64,000 bases of DNA from an uncultured Candidatus Saccharibacteria bacterium. GTDB taxonomy: Bacteria; Patescibacteriota; Dojkabacteria; B142; JAFGMG01. Under the pieces are notes generated by a model. It did no database searches and was not told where the DNA came from. It worked only from the letters and a program-made list of their open reading frames with translations. Made by a program: the position numbers and the translations under genes. Numbering within the stretch: position 1 is the stretch's first letter; each line of letters opens with the position of its first letter. This document shows positions 10,420-20,853 of this stretch, one piece after another. The stretch covers positions 9,075 to 73,074 of the forward strand of contig CAYUFB010000002.1 in NCBI GenBank assembly GCA_964444125.1, in the 5' to 3' direction.

Positions 10420-10485
10420 TTTGACGGTGATAGTTTAACACGAATTTTATTAAACGTTTTCTTTTATCTCTGCTAAAATGATTTC

Positions 10486-12279
10486 ATGCGAAAAAAATAT
10501 TTTGTAACAATCTTGATCGTTGCTTTCGGATTTCTTTTTTTTACCTCCCAGAAGGCTTTTGCCAAGTTTGAAACTACTATTACAAGAGAATATTATCTTC
10601 AAGACGACTTCTCCGTTATGGTCAAAGAGACAGAAGTGATCAAAAATAATACTTCTAATTTATATGTTCCAGGCGGAGCCAAAAAGGATTTTGAAATATT
10701 GGCAATTGAAACTGGTAATCTGGATAATCCCACAATATTACAAAAGGCACTAGATAGTTTATCAATAAAAGCCAATGGTCAAAACATCTCATATACTTCA
10801 AAAATACAAAAGGATATTGCTTCAATTTCTACAAATTTTCCTGCTGCTGTATCTCCAGGCGGTAGTGTGACATTTGTGATGGAATATAGACATCCTGGAA
10901 TGCTTGAGACAAATGGTGCTCTAAAGGATTTTTTCGTCAATGGGTTTGCTGTAAATAGCACTTTTGAGGATGCTTCAAACTCAACAAACTATGAAACCTT
11001 GGTGTTTGTTCCAATTAATTATCCTGATATAAATTTTATTAACCTGTCTTATCAAGAAAGGCAATCTGGAAATTACAAAGTCTACTCTTTTTCAAAAGAA
11101 GATATGCTTGGCAATTATCTTTGGATCCAGTTTGGAAGAACTCAATATTACAAATTCGAGATAATTCAAAACATCAAAAAGTCAGAAAGATTAAATACAG
11201 GTAATTTGAACCGCTATGAGATCGTAATTCCAAGAAATATTATGACTGCTGATATTGATCAAAAAATATACTATGAAGCTATCACGCCTGAACCAGAGTG
11301 GATAAAACAAGATAGTCAAGGAAATTTGATAGCAAGTTTTAAATTAAAAAGTAATTTTGATGGCAATATCACCATAAAAGGATATGCTTCGATAAACAAG
11401 GTGAATGATTTGGAAATAGCCAATTTCGGTAATTTGTCCGAGATAGGTGGCGAAATGAATAGTTATTTGGCAAAAGCTGATTATTGGGAAGTAGATCATC
11501 CAACAATTCAAAATCAGGCAAAGGTTTTGAAGTCTTCAAACACCGATATTGCTAAACTTGTGCTTGATACCTATAATTTCGTCATCGACAAGATAGATTA
11601 TTCAGATGTCAAAAGATTTGGATTAAATGAGAGACAGGGCGCAGTAGCAACTTTGCAAGGAGGGGCGGCTGTTTGTATGGAATATTCTGATTTATTTTTA
11701 ACATTGATGAGAGCGCAAGGTGTGCCTGCTAGAGCTGCTTTTGGTTATGGTTATGACCCAAAGTCTTCGTCAGATACACAAGAGAGCCACCAATGGGTAG
11801 AAATTTATGCCCCAAAAATAAAGCAATGGGTGGCTGTAGATGTAACCTGGGGTGAAAATGGGCCAGCGTTGATTGGTGGAGATATGAATCATTTCTACAC
11901 ACACGTAGCTTCAATTTCTCCAAATGAGCCACCTGCAATAGTTAGTGTTGGCTATGGAATACTTGATCTGGAAGTTGCAAACTACAATATCGAGGTAATT
12001 GAAAGCCTCCCTGAAGGGCAATATACCCTCCAAGAGGATTTACTTGTCAGATACAAATTTCAAGATGAATCTTTATCAGATAATTTATCAGGACTGTTAA
12101 GATCAAAAGTCGAAGCTACTTATTCAAATCTACTTAATCGCCAAAAGCTAAGTCTTGATCAGATACTTGCCCTGTTTTTTGTAGCCATGCTCGTTTTGAT
12201 CGCAGCTTTGATATTGTTTGCTACAATCCAGAAGATTAGAAAAAAAGTTTCTAAATCTGAGTTAGAACAATTGCAATAA
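10486..12279 (+). CDS. Exported transglutaminase-like (Cys-His-Asp) domain protein with C-terminal TM anchor
   Basis: Signal peptide; AVCMEYSDLF..RAQGVPAR, HQWVE, DVTW; C-terminal hydrophobic helix plus basic tail. Confidence 0.88.
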   Translation: MRKKYFVTILIVAFGFLFFTSQKAFAKFETTITREYYLQDDFSVMVKETEVIKNNTSNLYVPGGAKKDFEILAIETGNLDNPTILQKALDSLSIKANGQNISYTSKIQKDIASISTNFPAAVSPGGSVTFVMEYRHPGMLETNGALKDFFVNGFAVNSTFEDASNSTNYETLVFVPINYPDINFINLSYQERQSGNYKVYSFSKEDMLGNYLWIQFGRTQYYKFEIIQNIKKSERLNTGNLNRYEIVIPRNIMTADIDQKIYYEAITPEPEWIKQDSQGNLIASFKLKSNFDGNITIKGYASINKVNDLEIANFGNLSEIGGEMNSYLAKADYWEVDHPTIQNQAKVLKSSNTDIAKLVLDTYNFVIDKIDYSDVKRFGLNERQGAVATLQGGAAVCMEYSDLFLTLMRAQGVPARAAFGYGYDPKSSSDTQESHQWVEIYAPKIKQWVAVDVTWGENGPALIGGDMNHFYTHVASISPNEPPAIVSVGYGILDLEVANYNIEVIESLPEGQYTLQEDLLVRYKFQDESLSDNLSGLLRSKVEATYSNLLNRQKLSLDQILALFFVAMLVLIAALILFATIQKIRKKVSKSELEQLQ

Positions 12280-13157
12280 CAATGATCAATATAGAAACTA
12301 CCTTCTGAGTGAGTATTTTTTCTGGAGATATCTTCTTTGCTTATTTTAGGCAAGAATACTGTCAAAAACACCCCAATAACAAGTACGAAAACTGGTTGGA
12401 TGCCAAGGACGATATTTACTAAAGCCATTGGGGCTATTGTTAATGCATAATTATAGGACAAAATAGCAAAGGTATTGAGTGATTGATTCACAATATTTAT
12501 TGAAAAAGCCTTCGCCTTATAAATTTGTGTGATTGATATAAACGTGTCTCTGACATTTTTGACAAACAAGATAAATCCAAGAAACACCAAAAAGTATCCA
12601 ACATTTTGCCAAAAGGAAACTACCACAAAAGGGTTGTTATTCGAGACAAGTTTGAAAATTAGAGAATTAAATGCAAGCATCAGAGAAGAAAACGTCATCA
12701 TCAAAAGCACCTCAAGTTTTATCTGTGGAATTTTTTGTGAAAGATCTAAACTTATCCCTACTACTCCAATTATTATTAATATGAAGGCAAAGATTTGCAC
12801 TAAGGTTAACGATTCGTTGAAAAAGATTTTGCCAAGTATATAGATAAATAGTGTGCTTAATTAAAACATTGGTACAATAATCGAAGGGTCCGTCTTTTTA
12901 AGAGCTAACATATAAGGCAATACGGCAAGAGGATAAAGTATGCCTCCAAAGATAACAAGAAGTATTTCGGTAATTTTTAGCTCAAAGACAGAAGTGTTGA
13001 TGAAATACAATATTGGTATTGAGAAGATACTGATCATGCACATGAAAGGAATCGTAACGACGATATTTCTCCCTTTGATATATTTATCAATGAATACTTT
13101 GTCTAAATGGTTTGTAACCGCCCAAAGAAATGGAGCGAGTAATGAAAAAAACAACAT
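12251..13157 (-). pseudogene. EamA/DMT-family transporter with one in-frame TAA and one +1 frameshift
   Basis: ORFs 12861-13157 and 12159-12800 share a frame, joined through TAA 12861-12863 (PMF*LSTLFIYILGKIFFNESL); removing one base from the T6 run 12316-12321 restores RKILTQKVVSILIIVIAIVLTQI ending at TAG 12251-12253. Confidence 0.8.
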
Positions 13158-13175
13158 AATAATTACGTTAAAAGA

Positions 13176-14897
13176 TTACATCTTCTCGACAGTTCTGATG
13201 CCCATTAAATCAAGTCCCCTCTGAAGTACGATAGAAACTGCTTCTGTAAGCATGAGCCTAGCGTCCCTGGTATTTTGGTCTTCTGCTTTGATAACTTGGA
13301 GGTTTTTGTAAAAACTATTAAACCTGGTTGAAAGCTGCAAAAGATAGGTGGCGATTATGTTTGGACTATAATCTCGACTGGCATTTTCAACGATTTCAGA
13401 AAATCTTTCCAAAGTTTTGAGTACGTTTATTTCATAATCACTTGTAAGGTATCTTTCTAAATTTACTTCATAGTTGTAGTTTCCAGCTTCTTTGAGAATT
13501 GATTTGGCTCTTGCATAGGTATATTGAACATAAGGTCCAGAATCTCCTTCGAAATTTACACTCTCGTCTAGATCAAATGCAAGATATTTGAAAGGACTGA
13601 TTTTCAAGAAAGAGTATTTCACTGCTCCAACGGCAATCGTTTCTGCAACTTCGTCAATGTTTTCAACTTTGCCCTTCTCTCTTACTATTGGCTTGATCTT
13701 GGCAACAGCTTGATTAAGTACATCATTTCCGAGAATTACTTGGCCTTTTCTTGAAGACATCTTGCCCGATTTCAGACCTACAAATTCGTAAGCATTATGA
13801 TACTGTTTATCCTTGAACTGCTCAGGCCAAAGAAGCTCTTTAACTTTGAAAGTGACCTTGAAAAAGCTAATTTGTTCGACAGCTACATTATGCACATGAA
13901 GATCCACAATGCCATATTCATTGTTTTTTATAACTGCAAGTCCAAGCTCTTTGCCTTCATATGTCGGAAGTCCTTGTGAATTAATGAAAACCCTTGTATC
14001 TAAGCCATATTTTGCACCATCAAATACAATAGCTCCTTGGCTTTTGGTTAAAATCTTTGCTTCAAGCGCTTTTGAAATGGCATCTTGCACAAATGGCAAT
14101 GTCTCTGATTCCATATACTCTCTTTCAAATGTCGTATATACTCTCTCGTATATTTCGTGAAATTTCTCCAAACTCCAGTCTTTTCCAATTCTCCAAAGTT
14201 TATTAATTTCTATGTCTTCTTGAGAATATATTTTTTCATTTATAGCTTTGATTTCAGCTTGAGCATTATCGTCTTCCTCAAAAGCCGTAGCACCTTGGGT
14301 ATAGCATTTCCCAAGAAGTGCTACTTTTTCGTCTGCGCTTTGAGGATATTGGTCTTCAGGAACTTTTATAAACGCCCAAAGACATTTTGCTATATGCATG
14401 CCTACATCTCCTTGATAATTCACACGAATAACTTCTGCTCCTTGGGCCTCAAACAATCTAACTAGAGATTCCCCCAGGATGATATTTCTCAAATGGCCAA
14501 TATGAAAAGATTTGAAAGGGTTGGGATGAGCAAATTCGACCATTATTCTTTGACCTTTGAGTCTCTTATTGTCACCAAAAGACTCCTTGTTTTCTAATAT
14601 CTTCGAGATCACCTTTACAAAGCTAGCATTATTCTGCTTGAAATTGATAAATCCCGGGCCAGCAATATGAGTATCAAGTCCTAAGTTTTGAGTGTCAAGT
14701 TTATTTACAACCATTTTGGCAATATCAGGTGGGGATTTTTTTATCTCTTTTGATAGTTTCATTGCTACATTCGTAGCCCAATCACCGTGGGATTCATTTT
14801 GGGGCCTTTCTAGGTGAATGTCTTTTGGCTCAATAGTAATATCATATATATCTTTGAGGGCTTTTGAAATTGATTTTTGAATTGTCTCTTTCATCAA
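13176..14897 (-). CDS. argS: Arginine--tRNA ligase
   Basis: HGDWATN, GPGFIN, PNPFKSFHIGHLRN, KMSSRKG, GPYVQYTYAR. Confidence 0.97.
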   Translation of the reverse strand: MMKETIQKSISKALKDIYDITIEPKDIHLERPQNESHGDWATNVAMKLSKEIKKSPPDIAKMVVNKLDTQNLGLDTHIAGPGFINFKQNNASFVKVISKILENKESFGDNKRLKGQRIMVEFAHPNPFKSFHIGHLRNIILGESLVRLFEAQGAEVIRVNYQGDVGMHIAKCLWAFIKVPEDQYPQSADEKVALLGKCYTQGATAFEEDDNAQAEIKAINEKIYSQEDIEINKLWRIGKDWSLEKFHEIYERVYTTFEREYMESETLPFVQDAISKALEAKILTKSQGAIVFDGAKYGLDTRVFINSQGLPTYEGKELGLAVIKNNEYGIVDLHVHNVAVEQISFFKVTFKVKELLWPEQFKDKQYHNAYEFVGLKSGKMSSRKGQVILGNDVLNQAVAKIKPIVREKGKVENIDEVAETIAVGAVKYSFLKISPFKYLAFDLDESVNFEGDSGPYVQYTYARAKSILKEAGNYNYEVNLERYLTSDYEINVLKTLERFSEIVENASRDYSPNIIATYLLQLSTRFNSFYKNLQVIKAEDQNTRDARLMLTEAVSIVLQRGLDLMGIRTVEKM

Positions 14898-14966
14898 AAG
14901 TTATTAATACGTTAAGATTGAAACTTAACCGTATCTTACAAAAAAAATGCCAAAAACGCCAGTAAA

Positions 14967-16646
14967 TTAAGCTATTTTGATATTTTCTATTGCTACTTTG
15001 ACAAACTCCACAAAAAGAGGATGAGCAGATAACGGTGTTGATTTGTACTCAGGATGTCCTTGAGTTGCGACAAAAAATGGATGAATTTTTTTTGGCAATT
15101 CGATAAATTCAACAAACATTCCATCGGGGGATTTCCCAGAAAAAATCATACCAGCTTTCTCAAGTTGCCCTTGATAATCATTATTGAACTCAAATCTATG
15201 TCTGTGTCTTTCCTCAACTATCCCCTTTTTCTTGTCTGCAAAAGCTTTGTGTTTATCATAGATACTATAGACATAGGAATCTTTATTTAAGACGCAAGGG
15301 TATGTTCCTAGTCGCATTGAGCAGCCATCGCCCTTAATTACTTGATATTTCGGATCAAAAGGAATTGAGTGAATAATTTTGTTTTTGGATTTTGGGTTGT
15401 TCTCTTCTGTATCAGCGTCTTTGATCCCAACAACGTTTCTGGCAAATTCAACTGTCGCAAGTTGCATACCATAGCATAGACCAAGATAAGGAATCTTATT
15501 TTCCCTTGCGTATTTGATAGCTTTTAGTTTGCCTGAGACTCCTCTTGAACCCCAACCAATTGGGACAATTATCCCATCAACATCAGATAGTAGAGAACTA
15601 ATATTTTTTTCTTGCTTGTCAGAATTGATGTATTTCAACTCTATCTTGGAATCATTTGCGATAGCACCGTGCTTAATGGCTTCGATTAATGCATAATATG
15701 CATCAGTTAAGCTTGAGTCTCCTGTCCCAAAGTATTTTCCGACAATTGCAATATTTACCTTTTTCTTTTTGGGTTTAAGCCTTTTTGCAACAAACTTCTC
15801 CCAGGAGGAAAGTTTGATTTCTTTAAATTTTAATTTGAAGTTGGTCAAAAGCTGTTTATCAAGTCCTTGTTTTTGAAGATGTAGTGGAACCAAGTGGATG
15901 TCCGGCAAGTTTTCATTGGAGAAAACGTTTTTTGGGTCAATGTGAAATTTCATTGCGAACTTGTACTTGCGTTGAGTGTCAATCGGAAGCTCACTTCTAA
16001 CAACGAGGTAGTCAATATTTATGCCCATGCTCATTAGTTCTCTGATACCCAATTGGGCTGGTTTCGTTTTAGGTTCACCAATATGAGCTGGTACTGGTAC
16101 GTATGTGACATGAACGTGCGCAACGGGCTGAGTCAATCCCAGGATTCTTGCCGCTTCATAATACAACCCGTTATTATTTTCGTACTCCCCTACTGTGCCG
16201 CCAAGTTCAACTACCACAAAATCAGCATTGGTCTTTTTGGCGGCACTTCTGAACCTCTCTAGTATTTCGTTTACAATGTGTGGGATTGGTTCGACGTCTT
16301 CTCCGTCATATTCCATTCTTCTTTCTTTGTTGATGACAGTTTGGTATAACTGTCCCATCGTCATGAAATTGTCGTGCCCGACTTTTTGATCCAAAAATCT
16401 TTCGTAATTCCCTAAATCTTGGTCTCCTTCTAGACCATCAAAACACAAAAACGGATCTCCGTGCTCAATAGGATTAATAGTTCCAAAATCAACATTTAAA
16501 TTATTTTCACATTTAATTGGACATACATTATAGCCATGTTTCTTAAGAAGCATTGAGATTGAAGCTGCTGTAACCCCTTTGCCAAGTGCACTTATTACTC
16601 CACCGGACACAAAAATATATTTCACCTGCTTATTTGCTTTAGGCAT
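14967..16646 (-). CDS. pyrG: CTP synthase
   Basis: GGVISALGKG, ELGGTVG, KTKP, GLCYGMQ, RHRHRFE, HPE. Confidence 0.97.
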   Translation of the reverse strand: MPKANKQVKYIFVSGGVISALGKGVTAASISMLLKKHGYNVCPIKCENNLNVDFGTINPIEHGDPFLCFDGLEGDQDLGNYERFLDQKVGHDNFMTMGQLYQTVINKERRMEYDGEDVEPIPHIVNEILERFRSAAKKTNADFVVVELGGTVGEYENNNGLYYEAARILGLTQPVAHVHVTYVPVPAHIGEPKTKPAQLGIRELMSMGINIDYLVVRSELPIDTQRKYKFAMKFHIDPKNVFSNENLPDIHLVPLHLQKQGLDKQLLTNFKLKFKEIKLSSWEKFVAKRLKPKKKKVNIAIVGKYFGTGDSSLTDAYYALIEAIKHGAIANDSKIELKYINSDKQEKNISSLLSDVDGIIVPIGWGSRGVSGKLKAIKYARENKIPYLGLCYGMQLATVEFARNVVGIKDADTEENNPKSKNKIIHSIPFDPKYQVIKGDGCSMRLGTYPCVLNKDSYVYSIYDKHKAFADKKKGIVEERHRHRFEFNNDYQGQLEKAGMIFSGKSPDGMFVEFIELPKKIHPFFVATQGHPEYKSTPLSAHPLFVEFVKVAIENIKIA

Positions 16647-16793
16647 TTGGCTACAATAAAAATTAGAGGGATTTTTGGTTTAAGTGATATTAGAATAGTT
16701 AAGAATAAATGTCCAGGAAAAATTATTTTTTTGCCACTTTTTTGCACCAACTAAGTTAAGACAAGTATATATCAAGCATGTTAAAATATTTGT

Positions 16794-18597
16794 ATGCCAA
16801 AAGACGAAATCTTAAAAAATCAATTGAACAAAAAAAGACAATTAGAACTTGAAAACGAAAAAAAGGACGAAGAGAGAGAGATAGATAGGACAAAAGATAT
16901 GCTTGATGAAGCACTTGATAACCTTGAATTTAAGAAAAAAAACTCCAAGCCACAAGGCAAAATTGCCAAATTGAAACACTGGTGGTTGCAAAAAAGTTTA
17001 AAGCAAAATTTACTTATTTTAAGCGCATTTGCTTTATCCCTTCTCTTGTTATTTGTTTTCTTTATATATATTTGGTGGACAGGCAAAGATGCAATACTCT
17101 TTAAGTCAACACTAGAAGGCAAGGTCTATGATAGATACGAAAAAAACATTGAAGATGTATCAATTAGCATTGATGGGAAATATAAGACAAAAACAAACAG
17201 CAAAGGAGAGTTTGAGATAAAGGGTCTAGATAACGGAAAAGTAAAGGTCTTGTTAGAAAAAAAACGGATATGAGCCAGTAGAAAGAAGTATTGCTATAGG
17301 GCGATATCGAACATATAGAGAATTCGAAATTGTTGAGCTTCCCAAAGGAAGTATCAAGGCAGTTTTAAATATGCCAGAGGGATTTGATCCTGCACTTGTA
17401 ATTATTGAAATTGGCGGAAAAGAGTACGTAATCGAAGATGAGAATATAACAATTGATAATTTGTATAAGGGTAATTATGAACTCATAATCAAGTCTCCTG
17501 AGTTTGTAGATATCAGACAAGAAGTAGAGATCAAGGCTGGTGAAAATGACTTAGGCATAATTGATCTAACCCCTGCAGCAGATATTGTAGCGGATATATA
17601 TGATTGGACAACAGATAGGACTCTTGCAGAAATCAAGTTTGAGGGGATCGATAGAGAGTATAAATTCAAAGACGAGAAATTTATTATTGAGGATTTTGAG
17701 GATATTGATAATCTTTTTGCCCTAAAGTTTGGGGCAAATGGATATATTGATAACAGAATAGAAAGAAGAATTGTATTGGGCCTAAATGATATTGGCAAGA
17801 TCTATTTATATCCGGATCAAGATTTATATACAATTAGCAAAACAGGGAGATTGGCTGGATTAAAGATGGATTTAAGTAGCACCAATATTACAGCGATAAG
17901 CGTAGACGAGATATCTGCCATTGATCCAGCGAATATCAAATTTGTTCATAACAACATCTTGTATAGATATGACAAAAAAACTAATCAGCCCCAAAAAATC
18001 AATGAATACAAAAGAGGTTTGATATACCTCAATAATACTTTTGAGACTATACTGGAAGTAGTTGATGATAGTGGAGAGTACTTAGTATATAAAAATGCAT
18101 CCGACAAAGTTTTGACAAAATTTGAAAAATTGCCAACAAATGTATTAGTCTCAGATGATGGAAGATTTGCTTATTTTTCTTTTGAGGGAGATATGATAGC
18201 GGGTCTTTATCAGGTTGCTTTAGAGTATGGAACGACAAGACAATTAATTGATCAGGAAATTGATCTGATTGCTATTGACCAAAAGGGAGAACAGATTATT
18301 TATAATCAAGCTGGCAAAATTTATAATTACAATACAAGAATTTTCAAATCTTCTGCAATAGATGCCCCCTCATCGTCAAAAGCAGTGTATGCAAATAACA
18401 AATGGTACATTCTGACAGGTGATAGTGTTGTAATAATGGAAAATAATTTCAGAGCTATTGATAGCTTGGATTTATCACATAGCATTGATTCGATAACACT
18501 TCAAGGTGACTTATTGGTATTAAAATCGACTAATCAAATATATCTGATTAACACTGCTAATCCAAATATTATACAAAGCATTTTGTTTAATATTTGA
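16794..18597 (+). pseudogene. Membrane-anchored surface protein (carboxypeptidase-regulatory-like/PEGA-type beta domains, possible beta-propeller C-terminus), split by a +1 frameshift in an A8 run
   Basis: ORF 16794-17273 (TM, LEGKVYD..SIDG..TNSKGEF) and ORF 17371-18597 join as EKNGYEPVERSI...VLNMPEG if one A is removed from 17257-17264. Confidence 0.75.
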
Positions 18598-18624
18598 TAA
18601 TAAAGCTTATCTTTGTAGTATAAT

Positions 18625-20418
18625 TTGGCATTATTATCTCCTTTCAAATTGTCCAAGCGCAATCAAATAGAAGAAATCAAAGAACGATTGGATATTGTTG
18701 ATGTTGCAGGTAAATATCTAACTTCCATCAAAAGAAGTGGCGCGAACTACTTTGCATCTTGCCCTTTTCATAACGAGAAAACCCCCTCTTTTTCTATTAA
18801 TCAGGATTTGCAAATATATAAATGCTTTGGTTGTGGAGAAAGTGGTGATGTGATAACTCTTATTCAAAAACTTGAGGGCTTGACCTTTCCAGAGGCATTA
18901 GAAAAGACTGCCGAGATGGCTGGTGTCGTACTTGAAAAGAAAGCGTACACTCCTGAACAGGTCAAATATGTTGAGCAAAAAAAGAGAATAATTGATGCGA
19001 ATAATCTGGCTTGTAAATACTATAATTATTTATTGCTCAATCATAAAACCGCCAAAATTGCACAAGAATATTGTAGCAAGAGAAAAATCACAAAAGAGAT
19101 TATAGAGAAATTCCAAATAGGCTATGCACCAAAAGGATACGAATTCTTAAAAAAGTTCTTACTCAAAAAAGGGTTTACTGAAAAAGAGCTTGTCGCTTGG
19201 GGATTGCTGGTAGAAAAAAACGGCAAAATATATGACAAGTTTAGATATAGGCTTATGTTTCCAATATTTGATAATCAAGGCAATGTGATAGGCTTTAGTG
19301 GCAGGCAAATTGAAAAAAGTGATTATGGTCCAAAATATCTTAATTCTCCAGAAACGATCGTATACAAAAAGAAAAATACCCTCTATGGTCTATATCAAGC
19401 GAAAGAAGCAATAAGGAAACAAAAGTTTGTAATTTTGGTGGAAGGAAATGTAGATATTCTTTCTTCATCAAGAGTTGGGGTAGAAAATATCGTCTGCCCT
19501 CTTGGGACAGCGCTAACTGAAGAACAGTGCAAGTTGATGAAAAGATATGCCGATAGAATTTTTTTGGCCCTTGATACTGATGAAGCAGGAGAAAAGGCGA
19601 TAATTAGAGGACTAAAAATATGTCAAAAGGTTGGGTTAGAAATAAAGGCTCTTGATTTGAAAGATTTTCAAGATTCAGATGAATTGATAATGCATGATGA
19701 AAAATTATGGAAAAAGACAGTTGATAATCCTATTGAAATTATTGAACTGTTTGTTCGAAGGTTCTCCAAAAAGTACGATCTTGGCAGTCCAAATGGCAAA
19801 AGCGCTTTTGTGAAAGCGCTTTTGCCATTTATCAATGCACTTGAAGATGATGTCGAGAAACAGGCCTATATCAAAAAGATTTCTGAACAAATAGATCTTC
19901 CAGAGCAGACAGTTTTGGCAAGTATCTCCAAAAAGTCCGTCACTTTGGCGAAGGCTGATTTTGATCCTAAACCATCGAAAACAGCAGAAAGGGCAGTATA
20001 TAAGAAGGTCGATTTGAGTAATAGAAAAAACTACCTTGCTGCATTGTTATTGCAAAACCCGAAATACATCAAGGAAGAATCATGTCTTGATGTTTATGAG
20101 TCGTGGTTTGTTGATTTTCTTGTGAACTGGAAAAACAATGCAGACAAGAAGCTGTTGGATCAACTTGAAGAAAAACGGAGAATTTTTCTTGAGGATTTGT
20201 TGATGGCAAATCTGCCTGAAACTTCTGCCGATCAGATGGAGATAGAGATAAGGAAGCTATTTGCATCAATTGAGAAGTCAAAGTTAAGTCAGCAGATCAA
20301 AGAACTAAAAAAACAAATACAAAAAAAGGAACTTTCGGGTGAAGATGAGGTTAAGTTGTTGGAAAAATTAAAAATTTTGTCCAGAAAGCTTCTTGACGAA
20401 CCAGCAAAACAACTTTAA
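18625..20418 (+). CDS. dnaG: DNA primase
   Basis: CPFHNEKTPSF, CFGCG, FRYRLMFPI, KYLNSPET, VEGNVD, DTDEAG; start may be TTG 18649. Confidence 0.97.
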   Translation: MALLSPFKLSKRNQIEEIKERLDIVDVAGKYLTSIKRSGANYFASCPFHNEKTPSFSINQDLQIYKCFGCGESGDVITLIQKLEGLTFPEALEKTAEMAGVVLEKKAYTPEQVKYVEQKKRIIDANNLACKYYNYLLLNHKTAKIAQEYCSKRKITKEIIEKFQIGYAPKGYEFLKKFLLKKGFTEKELVAWGLLVEKNGKIYDKFRYRLMFPIFDNQGNVIGFSGRQIEKSDYGPKYLNSPETIVYKKKNTLYGLYQAKEAIRKQKFVILVEGNVDILSSSRVGVENIVCPLGTALTEEQCKLMKRYADRIFLALDTDEAGEKAIIRGLKICQKVGLEIKALDLKDFQDSDELIMHDEKLWKKTVDNPIEIIELFVRRFSKKYDLGSPNGKSAFVKALLPFINALEDDVEKQAYIKKISEQIDLPEQTVLASISKKSVTLAKADFDPKPSKTAERAVYKKVDLSNRKNYLAALLLQNPKYIKEESCLDVYESWFVDFLVNWKNNADKKLLDQLEEKRRIFLEDLLMANLPETSADQMEIEIRKLFASIEKSKLSQQIKELKKQIQKKELSGEDEVKLLEKLKILSRKLLDEPAKQL

Positions 20419-20442
20419 ATTGTTCTAGATTAATAATACAAA

Positions 20443-20853
20443 ATGAGTAATCTAGACGATTATCAGTCTGACGCTAGTGCTTCAAGTATTGATTATGAAA
20501 AACAATTAAGGCTGGACGAGAAACTCAACGAAAGAGATATGAAAAGACATCAAGGTTTCTTTGCATCACTATCTGAAAAAGGTAAGGTCCAAAAAGCCTT
20601 TGCCAGCTTGGTCGTTGTTGCGGCCTTAGTATCAACCGGTTTTATTGCATATCAAGATCAAAGAAACCAACAGATAGAAGATTCATCTGCGTATGATTGT
20701 AATGAATTTCAGGTCAAAGTTTATGATACTGATAGTTACACATGCAAAGATTGTCCTTTCGGAGAGTTTGGCAAATTGAGTTTGTGTCAAAAAGAAAGTC
20801 CTACAGGTATCTGCGAGCAAACAGGTTCAGGATGCTTCGTTCCAGATTTATAG
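20443..20853 (+). CDS. Small single-TM protein with Cys-rich extracellular C-terminus
   Basis: TM AFASLVVVAALVSTGFIAY followed by 6 Cys. Confidence 0.7.
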   Translation: MSNLDDYQSDASASSIDYEKQLRLDEKLNERDMKRHQGFFASLSEKGKVQKAFASLVVVAALVSTGFIAYQDQRNQQIEDSSAYDCNEFQVKVYDTDSYTCKDCPFGEFGKLSLCQKESPTGICEQTGSGCFVPDL

